Program-made: the position numbers and the translations under genes | The notes under the pieces: model-generated | Told to the model about the DNA's origin: nothing | Database searches by the model: none | The model's input: only the letters and a program-made list of their open reading frames with translations | From: an uncultured delta proteobacterium | Lineage (GTDB): Bacteria; Myxococcota_A; Polyangia; Polyangiales; Polyangiaceae | Assembly: GCA_963841435.1 (NCBI GenBank) | Contig: CAWJCS010000005.1 | Coordinates: 736,001 to 800,000 of the forward strand | Length of the DNA stretch: 64,000 nt | Direction of reading: 5' to 3' | Shown here: positions 1-9,065 of the stretch, piece after piece | Layout: each line of letters begins with the position of its first letter | Position numbering within the stretch: the first letter of the stretch is position 1

Positions 1-1002
1 GAAGCCGCCGTCGCGCGTGCCGGGCTCGCCGGTCGTGTGGCAGCGGAGCGCGCAGCCCGGATCCGCGAGGGCACGCGGCCCGTCGAGATCGCGCGCATAC
101 GCGTGCGTCATCGGCGAGCTCGCCGCGCTCCGCGCAATCGTGCCGTGGCAGCCCGCGCGGCCGCAATCGAGCGGGGTCTGGTCGTACGCGCCGCTCTCGA
201 TCACCGTGCGGCGCCCTCGGCCATCCTCGACCACGAAGCGTCCGGTGACGTCCGGCACGAGCTCGAAGAGCGAGCCGACCGCCCGAAGGTCGGCACGGGA
301 GCCGTCCGGGACTTCGCTCAGGCGCAGCTCGTCGCCGCGCAGGAGCACCGGGTGGGTCACGGCGACGTTGCCGAGGCCGCTCGCGCGCGAGGTCGCCGTC
401 ACCTCGAGCGTGCTCCGGTGCGTGCGACCGTCACGCAGGCGAATCATGAGCTCGATGGCCGTGCGCCCGACCTCGCCCGCGGCAATCGGCACGATGCCGT
501 GGCCGACGTGTGGGGCGAGCGAACCGGGCGGAAGCGTGCGAAGACCGAGCGCGCGACCGCCGTCCGCCACCGCCACCGACCCGAGCGGCTCGCCACCGAT
601 CACGGCCAGCGTGGCGCTCGCGTCCGCCGCGCTCGGGCAAGCGGGCTCGGCGCGGATCTCGAGCGGTTCATCGAAACCAAGGACGCGGACGCGGGGTCCG
701 GCAGCAAAGAGGGCGCGCAGGCGGTGGCGGACGACGGTGCCGGGAGTCGGTGCCGGTTCTACGTCGATGGGACAGGCGAACGGCGCCTCGAGCGTGACGC
801 GCGACGGGGCAGCGAGCCCGAGCAGCAGACGCCCACCCTGCTCGTGTCGCTCGGCCAGCGCGCTCGCCGGCTTCACCTGGACCTCGCCGAGGTCGAGCCC
901 CGGCTCGGCTTCGAGCCACACCCAAAGCGTCACCGCCGGGTGCGGCGCGCAGCCGAGCACGAAGAGCATCGTGAGCAGCAACAGCGGCGTCGCCGTGCGC
1001 AT
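1..1002 (-). CDS. c-type cytochrome lipoprotein, probably multiheme (partial, runs off the left edge)
   Basis: Not in ORF track. Manual translation from ATG 1002: MRTATPLLLLTMLFVLGC (lipobox) ... DCGRAGCH ... PGCALRCHTTGEPGTRDGGF. No stop before position 1. GGAG RBS and TGATG overlap with the upstream gene. Confidence 0.75.
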   Translation of the reverse strand, partial: MRTATPLLLLTMLFVLGCAPHPAVTLWVWLEAEPGLDLGEVQVKPASALAERHEQGGRLLLGLAAPSRVTLEAPFACPIDVEPAPTPGTVVRHRLRALFAAGPRVRVLGFDEPLEIRAEPACPSAADASATLAVIGGEPLGSVAVADGGRALGLRTLPPGSLAPHVGHGIVPIAAGEVGRTAIELMIRLRDGRTHRSTLEVTATSRASGLGNVAVTHPVLLRGDELRLSEVPDGSRADLRAVGSLFELVPDVTGRFVVEDGRGRRTVIESGAYDQTPLDCGRAGCHGTIARSAASSPMTHAYARDLDGPRALADPGCALRCHTTGEPGTRDGGF

Positions 1003-1625
1003 CACGACTCCTCCCCGCAGCGACCACGATCGCAACGCTCACCGCCGCAATCGCGATCGAGCCAGCAGTCGGGCGCCCGGTCGCTCCGCGGCGGCACGAC
1101 GGCGCTCTTGCGCTCGTCGCACACGCGCTCGATGCCGCGCTCCTGGTCGAAGCGGCAAGCGTATTTTCCAGCACGGCCGCCGGGATAATCGGGTGACGGG
1201 TCAACACAGACGCGCTCGCCCGCCGGGTGACCGGCACCGCGCCGCAGGCCGCAGGAAAACCCGCGATCGGCCGGTGCTCTTACGACGCCGGCTGCCGGCT
1301 CCCCGCCGGCACACCAGACGACGCCGTCGCGCTCGGCGCAGCGCCACTCACCGTCGTCCGGCAGGCGGACGTGACGCTGGACGCAGCGACCGCCGTCGCA
1401 GACGAAGTCGCTGGCTTCGTCGGTGCGGGGGCGCGAGCGCCGGGCCCCGCCCACGCCGGTCTCGAGATACCCGAGCGCGGTGGGCGGCGGCAGGCACCGT
1501 GCGACGCGTCCGCCCGGCGCCGCGCAAAGCTCGCTCTTGCCCCGTGCGCCGGGCTCGCGAGCACACCCCGAAAGGAGAAGCAGGCCGAGCAGGGCTCGGA
1601 CCGGGCTACTCGCGCGCGACCGCAC
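1002..1625 (-). CDS. Cys-rich lipoprotein, hypothetical
   Basis: C-terminal part of ORF 1002..2222. GTG 1625, LLGLLLLSGC lipobox, many Cys, ends CWLDRDCGGERCDRGRC. Confidence 0.7.
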   Translation of the reverse strand: MRSRASSPVRALLGLLLLSGCAREPGARGKSELCAAPGGRVARCLPPPTALGYLETGVGGARRSRPRTDEASDFVCDGGRCVQRHVRLPDDGEWRCAERDGVVWCAGGEPAAGVVRAPADRGFSCGLRRGAGHPAGERVCVDPSPDYPGGRAGKYACRFDQERGIERVCDERKSAVVPPRSDRAPDCWLDRDCGGERCDRGRCGEES

Positions 1626-2490
1626 ACCGAGACCCTCGCCGCCGCCGCCCGAGCGCTGCCAGACAAGAGAGCAAGACGACGATCGAGCCTCGTGCTCCAG
1701 CGCGACGCGACACGGAGCAACCATCGAACCACGGCGACTCGATCGTCTCCTCGCACACCTCGACGTTCCCGCCCCCCGAGACCCAATCGACGAGGTCGCG
1801 TGTGACGGCGGCGAAGCAGGTCCTTCCAGCGTGCGTGGTCGAGCGAGCGATGCGAAGCTTGCCATCCTCGGGAAACGGATAGATCCCGATCTGCTTCGGC
1901 GGGCCGCTCTGGCCCGGGCTCGGATGCTCGGTTTCGAAGAGCAGCACGGCGAGCAAGCTTGGGCTCGCGTCGTCCTGCGCATGTCCGAGCTCGAAGTCGA
2001 AGAGGTAGCGATCCTCGAGCTCGTCCGTGCACGGATCACGGTCGCGAGACAAATCCCAGCTCGCGCCCGCGAGCCCGGAAAAGCGTGGTGACTCGAGGTC
2101 ATCCGAGCTGCCGACGCTGAACCCAATCTCCTTGGAGCGCCCCGAGCCGGTCGCGCTGCCGCGCAGGCTGGGCCACGCGAGCCGGTACGAGCCAGCCGAG
2201 AGGGGCAAGAGGGGCACGGCACGCAGGAGCCCCTCGGCCTCGTCGTAGGTCACGTCGACCGGCTGCTCGCCGAGCGTGGGCGACGTGAGCGTCACGGGCT
2301 CGCCGGCGTAGGCGGCGGGTGCGGCGTAGTGTGCCGATAATCGCGCATTCCGTGGGACCATGGCCGCTCCGTCCGGCGGGTAGGTGGCGTCGATATCGGG
2401 CACGCCGCACGGCGCACCCCAGGCGGGGAGCGCGATGCTGGCCGCTGCGCTCGCCAGAGCGACGAGCGTCGCGCGGGGAGCTCGCGTCAA
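1606..2490 (-). CDS. Ig-like domain surface protein with MYXO-CTERM sorting signal
   Basis: TTG 2490 overlaps the upstream TGA. Signal peptide, TYPPDGA..VPRNA (Big_5-like start), C-terminal GCSV-hydrophobic-RRRR. Confidence 0.75.
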   Translation of the reverse strand: MTRAPRATLVALASAAASIALPAWGAPCGVPDIDATYPPDGAAMVPRNARLSAHYAAPAAYAGEPVTLTSPTLGEQPVDVTYDEAEGLLRAVPLLPLSAGSYRLAWPSLRGSATGSGRSKEIGFSVGSSDDLESPRFSGLAGASWDLSRDRDPCTDELEDRYLFDFELGHAQDDASPSLLAVLLFETEHPSPGQSGPPKQIGIYPFPEDGKLRIARSTTHAGRTCFAAVTRDLVDWVSGGGNVEVCEETIESPWFDGCSVSRRAGARGSIVVLLSCLAALGRRRRGSRCAVARE

Positions 2491-3188
2491 TCGCACCTCA
2501 CGTCGTCGCAATGTCCGACCATGTCCGAGCGACTGCCGTCGCCGTCGAGGTCGTAGCTGTCGAGGCAGCAATAGCCGTTGTCGAGGCAGCACTGCTCGAG
2601 CTCGCGCGAGGCCTTGTGCTGTCGAGCGATCCCTGCACATTCTGGAGGCGGCTCGGCCTCGCGGCACGGGCCGAAGCTCTGCCCGTCCCCGGCGCACTCC
2701 TGCTCGCCCCAGAAGGTGCAAAACGAATGCTGGCAGATCCGAACGCCGCCCGGCATGCACACCTCGCAACGTCTGGGGCATGCGCTTTGGCTGCCGGCGA
2801 TGCAGTAGCGAAAGCCGCCGTTTTCGCAAGCCTCGGGCGGCAGATCGTCAACCACGCCGTTGCAGTCGTCGTCGACGCCGTTGCAGCTCTCCGGCGACGG
2901 GACGCAGTGCTCGACGGGCGGCTCCTCGGGCTCGGGCACGACCGCGGCGTCCATCGGGACCTCGGCGTCGAGGTCGGCGTCCGGCGGCATTTCGGCATCG
3001 ATGCCGGCGTCCTCCGGCGCCTCGGCGTCCGGCGTTACCTCCGCGTCGCGCCCACCGCTCGAGCCTGCGTCGAAAACCGGGCGCGAGCCGCCGCCGCCAG
3101 GGACCTCGTCGTGATCGCCCGGCTCGAGCCCTGTCCGGCCGCAGCTCAGGACCAAAAGGAGCACGAAGGCCGCACCAACCCAGCGCAC
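2487..3188 (-). CDS. Cys-rich lipoprotein with MopE-type putative metal-binding motif
   Basis: LLLVLSCGRT lipobox, acidic DAE/DAG linker, PESCNGVDDDCNGVVDD motif. Start GTG 3188 or ATG 3257. Confidence 0.75.
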   Translation of the reverse strand: MRWVGAAFVLLLVLSCGRTGLEPGDHDEVPGGGGSRPVFDAGSSGGRDAEVTPDAEAPEDAGIDAEMPPDADLDAEVPMDAAVVPEPEEPPVEHCVPSPESCNGVDDDCNGVVDDLPPEACENGGFRYCIAGSQSACPRRCEVCMPGGVRICQHSFCTFWGEQECAGDGQSFGPCREAEPPPECAGIARQHKASRELEQCCLDNGYCCLDSYDLDGDGSRSDMVGHCDDVRCD

Positions 3189-3236
3189 CGGCCAAGCGTG
3201 GCACGCGTTTGGCTTTCGAGGGACCCTGATCGGTCC

Positions 3237-4302
3237 GTGCCTTCGAGGATCATTCATTTCGCATCGGCGCTCCGCCTGGCAACGGGGGCCTTTGCATATT
3301 TCGTGCTCCTCGCCGGTACCCCCCGGGAGGCGGCGGCGCAGGCAGCCGCGCCACCGGCCCCAACCGCAGTTGACACCCACCCTACAACCGCAGGTCACGC
3401 CGAGCCCCCGGCTGGGCCGACCTTGGCGCCCGCACCACCCCCCGCACCGGTCCCCGCGCCCGCTCCCAACGCGCCACCACCGCCAGAGCCGGCAGCACCC
3501 GCCCCAACACCGGCGCCACCCGCGCCGCCCGCGCCCGCTGCGGCCGTCACGCCGCGAACGACTGCCCCCATCCCGACCGCGACGCCCACGCCCGTGGCCC
3601 CGAGCGGGCCCATCGAGCCCCCGCTCCCGCCAACGCCTCCGCAAAACCCGCTTCCCCAGAGCGAACGCGCACGCAACGCGCACGCCGATCGCCTCCTCAT
3701 CGCACCGACGGCGGAAACCAATCCGAAGGGCTCCTTTTGGGGCACGAGCTACGAGATCCTCTTTTTGCAGGTCGGCTACGCGCCGACCGACGACACGCAG
3801 ATCTCGCTCAGCGGGGTGCCACCGCTCGGCGAGGATCCCATCGTCCCGCTCGACCTCAGCGTGAAGACCGTGGCGCTGAGATCGCCGAGCCTCAACATCG
3901 CCGTCATGGCCTCGGCGAGCGGGCTCGTCTCGGGCGAAGCGTCGGGCTTCATCGGTCGCGCTGGAGCGGCCGTGACGCTCTGCGACCCACCCGATGCCTG
4001 CGCACGCACGCTCACGCTAGCGAGCAACGTCCTGCTCATCGGCCCAGCATCGCTCCTTTTCACGGGGGCGGGCGCGACCATGCGGGTGTCGGATTCTCGC
4101 GACGTTGCTGTTCGAGGTCGACTCGGCGCTGCCGCTCGGCGACGCGGTCGGCCAAGCTCACGGGCTGCTGGGCGGTGCGGGCGTGCGCCTTTCGGGGCCG
4201 CGTTTCGGCGTGGACCTCGCGCTCCTGCGCGGCGGCAACGTGGGCGGCTCGCTCACGCCGTTCATCCCGTACGTCGTCGCGACGTACCGCCACCTGCCCT
4301 GA
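3237..4302 (+). CDS. Secreted protein with Pro-rich N-terminus and probable beta-barrel C-terminus; +1 frameshift near 4095
   Basis: Frame of ORF 2319 (signal peptide, PA-rich linker, ADRLLIAPTAET) continues in ORF 4105..4302 (LLFEVDS...VVATYRHLP). Removing one base gives 355 codons. Confidence 0.7.
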
Positions 4303-4310
4303 CGCGGACG

Positions 4311-5591
4311 CTACGGCGCCGGTGGGAGCGCGCTGAACGCATCCACGCGCTTGTTGATCCGGTAGCCCTCCTCGTCGAGGCGTGTGAGCACTTCGCTCAG
4401 GTGCTCGGGACCGCGTGTCTCGAGCACGAGCTCCACGAGTGTCTGGCCGAGCTCGACGCCCGCGAACGTTCGGTCGTGGTTGATGGCCATGATGTTGGCG
4501 CGCACGCTCGCGACGAGCTCGGTCAGCCGAGCGAGCTCGCCCGTCACGTCCGGCAGCACGAGTGACAGGCGCGCCAGGCGACCGGTCTTGACGAGGCCGC
4601 GCTCGATCACGCGCGACATCAGGTTCACGTCGATGTTACCGCCGCTCACGACGACTGCGACGCGTTGCCCTTGAAGCGAAAGGTGCCCGCGCACGAGCGC
4701 CGCCACACCGACCGCGCCCGCACCCTCGGCCACCGTCTTGTCACCCTCGAGCAAGAGCAGGATCGCCTCTGCAATCTCCTCCTCCTCCACGAGCTCGACG
4801 GCCTCGACCGTTTGCTTGACGAGCGCCTCGGTGAGCGCTCCAACGCGCCGCACGGCGATGCCGTCCGCGATGGTCTTGCCACCGAGCATGGCGGGGTAGA
4901 GCGCGCTCTCTTCGCTCGAAAGCGAGCCGCGTACGCTCGAGAGCGCTCGCTTCATGCCGGGAAACGCGCGTGACTCCACGCCATACACCCGCACGTGCGG
5001 AGCGACCGCCCGGAGCGCGCAGGCGATGCCGGCGATCAACCCCCCGCCGCCCACGGGGACGACCACGGCGTCGAGATCCGGGAGCTGTTCCGCCAGCTCG
5101 AGACCGATGCTCCCCTGCCCCGCGATGACGTGGAGATCGTCGAACGGATGGATCAAGACGAGGTCGTGCTCGGCGGCGAGCGCTTCAGCGTGCTCGGCCG
5201 CTTCGTCGTAGCTCGAGCCGTGGAGCACCACCCTGGCGCCCAGGCGATGGGCGGCCGTCGCCTTCACGAGCGGCGTCGCCTGGGGCATCACCACCGTGGC
5301 CGGGATGCCGAGCCGAGCCGCGTGGCGAGCCACCGCCTGGGCGTGATTGCCGGCGCTCGCGGCGATAACGCCGCGGGCGCGCTCGGCCTCGGAAAGCACG
5401 AGCAGCCGATTGCACGCGCCCCGCTCCTTGAAGCTGCCCGTCGCCTGGAGCGACTCGAGCTTGAGGAACACGGTGGCCCCACAGAGCTCGGAAAGCCGGG
5501 CGCTCTCGCGGCACGGTGTCTCGAGCACGTTGCCGCGCAACCGCACGCGAGCCTCCTCGAGGAAGGGCGCGAGCGAGGCCGGCGAGGTCAT
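4311..5591 (-). CDS. ilvA: Threonine ammonia-lyase with C-terminal ACT domain
   Basis: TGSFKERGA (PLP Lys), SAGNHAQ, PVGGGGLI, SGGNID, ACT-like C-terminus. Confidence 0.92.
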   Translation of the reverse strand: MTSPASLAPFLEEARVRLRGNVLETPCRESARLSELCGATVFLKLESLQATGSFKERGACNRLLVLSEAERARGVIAASAGNHAQAVARHAARLGIPATVVMPQATPLVKATAAHRLGARVVLHGSSYDEAAEHAEALAAEHDLVLIHPFDDLHVIAGQGSIGLELAEQLPDLDAVVVPVGGGGLIAGIACALRAVAPHVRVYGVESRAFPGMKRALSSVRGSLSSEESALYPAMLGGKTIADGIAVRRVGALTEALVKQTVEAVELVEEEEIAEAILLLLEGDKTVAEGAGAVGVAALVRGHLSLQGQRVAVVVSGGNIDVNLMSRVIERGLVKTGRLARLSLVLPDVTGELARLTELVASVRANIMAINHDRTFAGVELGQTLVELVLETRGPEHLSEVLTRLDEEGYRINKRVDAFSALPPAP

Positions 5592-5727
5592 ACCCGGGAG
5601 TATGCCAGGTCGTAGCGCCGCCCGCGTGCCGGGCTTCTGCTGCCCCGTGCCGCCCCATCGCCGGTCACCGCACCCCCGACGGCCGCGCCAGGACGTGCAC
5701 GTCAGACGCGGCCGAGCCCCCTTAAGC

Positions 5728-5743
5728 AGTTTGAGGTCAAACT
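5728..5743. promoter_or_regulatory. AT-rich 7-2-7 inverted repeat, candidate operator
   Basis: AGTTTGA-GG-TCAAACT, about 137 bp upstream of the ilvA start. Confidence 0.4.
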
Positions 5744-6264
5744 AAATGCTCGCCCGAAGCCGTGGGGTTTTCTGGCGCGCACCTGGCGTTCCGGCGGGTG
5801 AGCCCGCCTCGGTCCGAGACATGGTGAGCGAACGTGCGCCCTCCTCCGACATGCCCCCCGCACCGCCCGCGTCGGGAACGCGGCGTCTCGCGGAGCCAGG
5901 CGGAGCGTATTCTAGCCCAACTGAAAAGCGCTCGTGCAGGAGCGCGCCTCGCCGAGGCCACGATGGGCGGCGTCCGAGCAGGCGGCCGGTGCAACGCCTG
6001 CCGGCGCCCGAATTCGGCAGCGAGCCGCCGACGCATCAACCGTCCGGGTGGCGCGCCGCACCGATTGCCGCGGCAAACTCTGAAAAGGGCGAGAGCACTC
6101 GGACGCTTTCAACGGACGAGGCCAGGGTGCCGCGCCGGCCCCGATCGAACCCGCGGTAGGCTTGCCCCGAGCGCTCGGGTCGCGCCCATCCAGACCCCGA
6201 GGAGGGGCGATCGCGTCGAGCCGACACACCCGAAACCCCCTCCTACCTCGCCGTGCTCACCGGG

Positions 6265-6324
6265 AAAATCCCCAAGGATTTTGCCGAGCATCGCGTTGAC
6301 CGTGGGGGCGAGGGGCCCTATGCT
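6265..6324 (+). promoter_or_regulatory. Sigma70-type promoter of sgmX with upstream inverted repeat
   Basis: TTGACC (6296-6301), 17 bp, TATGCT (6319-6324). AAAATCC-CCAA-GGATTTT at 6265-6282. Confidence 0.6.
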
Positions 6325-6395
6325 TTTGTGCTCCGGAGTGACCCTTTGTCGCGCGAGCACCCGCGCGCCCGGGTCGCCCGAAATTGTCGCCACCC

Positions 6396-9029
6396 GTGTC
6401 CATCGACCGCGAGAAAACGCTGCAGGCTGCCCAGAAGTACATCGAGAAAAAGAAGTACGACCGGGCCATCGCCGAGTACCAGCGCCTCATCCAAGAGGAT
6501 CCGAACGACGCGCGCACGCTCCTGAAGATCGGCGACCTTCAAGCGCGCCTCCAGGCGTACCCCGAAGCGATAGCGACCTACGATCGCGTCGGCCAGTACT
6601 ACTCCTCGCAGGGCTTCGCGCTAAAGGCCATCGCCGTCTACAAGCAGATCCGCGAGCTCATCAAGAAGCACGCGCCCGATCTCGCCGATCGCTACGGGCA
6701 CATCGTCCCCAAGCTCGCCGAGATCTACCAGCAGCTCGGGCTCACGAGCGATGCGCTCGCCGCCTACGACGAGGTCGCCACCCGCCTCCAGCGCGGCGGG
6801 CGGGATCGCGAGGCGATCGACGTGTTTCGCAGCATGGTGGCGCTCGATCCGTCCAATCCCCTGCCGCATCTCAGGCTCGCGGAAGCGTGCTGCCGCGTGC
6901 AGAGCCTCGACGAGGCGATCGACCTGTTCTGGCGCGCGGCAGAGCTTCTGCTGGGCCTCGGCAGGCGCGAGGACGCGCTCAAGGTCGTGGAGCGCATTCT
7001 CCACTTTCGCGTGGACCCGCGCTTCGCGCGCGTCGCCGCCGAGCTCTACCTCGAGCGGGGCACGCGGGAAGACGGGCTGCAGGCGCTCGCCAAGCTGCAG
7101 GTTTGCTTCCAGGCGGACCCGCGCGATCTCGAGACCCTGGGGCTGCTCAGCCGCGCATTCCAGACCATCGGGCAAGAGAACAAGGCGCTCGAGGTCTACA
7201 AGGAGATGGCGCGCCTCGCCCGCGATCAGGGCAAGAACGACCTGTACAAGCAGCTGCTCGGCCACCTGCGCAAGATCGCGGGTGACGACGAAGGTGTCCG
7301 CGCGCTCGAGAGCATCCGCGCGCCGAGCTCGGCGCCTCCGTCAAGCCCGTCCTCCGGCATTCCCGTGAGCCTCAGCGACTCGGGGGTGGACGTTTACACG
7401 GAGGATTCCTCGCCGAGCAGCGCGGGCCGGCGTTCCTCGCCGAGCAGCACGGGCGGGCGCTCCTCGCCCAGCATGGCGCCGGACATCATCGTCGTCGAAG
7501 AGCACAACGACTTGGTCGAGGACGACGACCGGTCGTTCGACGCGCGGGCCCACGCGCGCAAAGCCATCGTCGACGCGGACTCCTTCCGCAAGCTCCGCCT
7601 GTTTCCCAAGGCCATCGAGACGTTGCACATCGCGCTCGAGATCGAGCCCCGCTCCATCGAGATCCGCTCGCGGCTGCGCGAGATCCTCATCGAATCAGGC
7701 GACCGCGACGGCGCCATCGCGGAAACGGTCAACCTGGCCGCGCTGCACCTCGATCGCGGAGACATGGCAGAGGCGGAGTCACTCCTGCGCGAGGTGATCG
7801 AGGTGGAGCCCACGCACGCCACCGCGCTCGCCATGCTCGAGCAGCTGGGCCCGACCGCGCTCGGCACGACGGAGGTCACGAGCACGACGACCTCGCGCGG
7901 CCGCCACGCGCTCGACACGTTCGACCCCGATGCACCGCTGCCCTCGTACGACCTCGAGGAAGTCAGCGCCGATCAGGCCTTGCATCGCGGCACCACCAAC
8001 ACGACGTCGCCGCGCCTACTCGTCGTCGACGAGCCCTTCGGCATGGATTCCCAGCCGCCACCCTCCGACGCACCGGGTCCCCTGCCAAGCTACCCGCTGA
8101 GCGAAGGCGGCACTGGCCCGGGTGAAATCGACATCGACGAGATCTCGGTCGTCGAAGAGCCGCCGCCTCCACCCTCGCGCGTCTCGGCCGAGGTCGAGGC
8201 GCTCGAAGACGTGCTCGACGAGGCGGAGTTCTTCGCCGCGCGGGGCCTGTTCGAGGACGCGCGCACCATCCTGCTCGAGCAGCTCAAGAAGACGCCGCAT
8301 CACCGCCTCGTGCTCGAGCGGCTGCGCGAGGTCGAGGAGTCGCTCGCGGCGTCGGGTGCGAGCCAGACCATCGAGCGCTCGATGCTGGGCGCCGCGGCCG
8401 ACGCCGGTGCGCCCGAGGTCGACGTCGCCGCGTCGCTCGGCGCGCTCGATCAGGTCGATTTGCCGCCCGAGAGCCTGGCCGCGTCCCAGGTGACCTCGAG
8501 CATGGTCGAGGTCGACGTTGACCAGGTCTTCGCGAAGTTCAAGGCGGGCGTGCGCGCGCAGGTGCAGGAGACCGACAGCGCAACCCACTACGATCTCGGC
8601 GTCGCCTACAAGGAGATGGGGCTCGTCAAGGAAGCGATCGCGGAGTTCGAGCAAGCTGCGCGCGACCAGCATCGCGAGTGCATGTGTTACGCGATGATCG
8701 GCCTCATCTACCTCGAGAAGAACGACCTCGACCGCTCGGCGGAAGCCTACGTGCGCGCCCTCTCCGCGCAGTCGAAGACGGTCGAGCAAGAGATGAATCT
8801 GTACTACGACCTCGGCACCGTTTACGAAATGAAGGGCGACAGCAAGGACGCTCTTTATTACTTCCAGAAGATTGCCCGACGCGACCCTGGCTATCGCGAC
8901 GTCGCCGACCGGCTGAGCGCGCTCGACCCCGGCGCCCCGCCGCCGAAAGAAAAAGTGTCGCAGCGGGCCGTCAACGACGACGACGACTTCGAGCGAGCCT
9001 TCGACGACCTGTTCGAGGGCAAGTCCTGA
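6396..9029 (+). CDS. sgmX: TPR protein, SgmX-like type IV pilus/social motility regulator
   Basis: N-terminal TPRs (YDRAIAEYQ...GFALKAIAVYKQ), acidic linker, C-terminal VFAKFKAG..THYDLGVAYKEMGL TPR block, as recalled for M. xanthus SgmX. GTG 6396 (alt TTG 6384). Confidence 0.8.
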   Translation: MSIDREKTLQAAQKYIEKKKYDRAIAEYQRLIQEDPNDARTLLKIGDLQARLQAYPEAIATYDRVGQYYSSQGFALKAIAVYKQIRELIKKHAPDLADRYGHIVPKLAEIYQQLGLTSDALAAYDEVATRLQRGGRDREAIDVFRSMVALDPSNPLPHLRLAEACCRVQSLDEAIDLFWRAAELLLGLGRREDALKVVERILHFRVDPRFARVAAELYLERGTREDGLQALAKLQVCFQADPRDLETLGLLSRAFQTIGQENKALEVYKEMARLARDQGKNDLYKQLLGHLRKIAGDDEGVRALESIRAPSSAPPSSPSSGIPVSLSDSGVDVYTEDSSPSSAGRRSSPSSTGGRSSPSMAPDIIVVEEHNDLVEDDDRSFDARAHARKAIVDADSFRKLRLFPKAIETLHIALEIEPRSIEIRSRLREILIESGDRDGAIAETVNLAALHLDRGDMAEAESLLREVIEVEPTHATALAMLEQLGPTALGTTEVTSTTTSRGRHALDTFDPDAPLPSYDLEEVSADQALHRGTTNTTSPRLLVVDEPFGMDSQPPPSDAPGPLPSYPLSEGGTGPGEIDIDEISVVEEPPPPPSRVSAEVEALEDVLDEAEFFAARGLFEDARTILLEQLKKTPHHRLVLERLREVEESLAASGASQTIERSMLGAAADAGAPEVDVAASLGALDQVDLPPESLAASQVTSSMVEVDVDQVFAKFKAGVRAQVQETDSATHYDLGVAYKEMGLVKEAIAEFEQAARDQHRECMCYAMIGLIYLEKNDLDRSAEAYVRALSAQSKTVEQEMNLYYDLGTVYEMKGDSKDALYYFQKIARRDPGYRDVADRLSALDPGAPPPKEKVSQRAVNDDDDFERAFDDLFEGKS
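7406..7472 (+). repeat. 27-bp in-frame tandem repeat, about 2.5 copies
   Basis: TTCCTCGCCGAGCAGCgcgggccggcg / TTCCTCGCCGAGCAGCacgggcgggcg / ctcctcgcccagc, encoding SSPSSAGRR-SSPSSTGGR-SSPS. Confidence 0.8.
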
Positions 9030-9065
9030 GCGTTCGGGGGGCGACCTGCTAGCCTTGTCGCCCTC

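Noticed and set aside
17..1882. Long plus-strand ORFs 17..1882 and 37..1188
   Set aside because: Antisense shadows of the minus-strand lipoprotein/cytochrome genes. They are Arg/Ser-rich with no motifs.
5721..5750. AT-rich palindrome as a possible dif site
   Set aside because: No 11-6-11 XerC/XerD architecture or TTATGTTAAA arm. Kept only as a candidate operator.
6068..6125. GGCAAAC...GAAA segment resembling the start of a c-di-GMP-I riboswitch
   Set aside because: The P2 stem and downstream GACGCAAAG/CTAA elements cannot be built.
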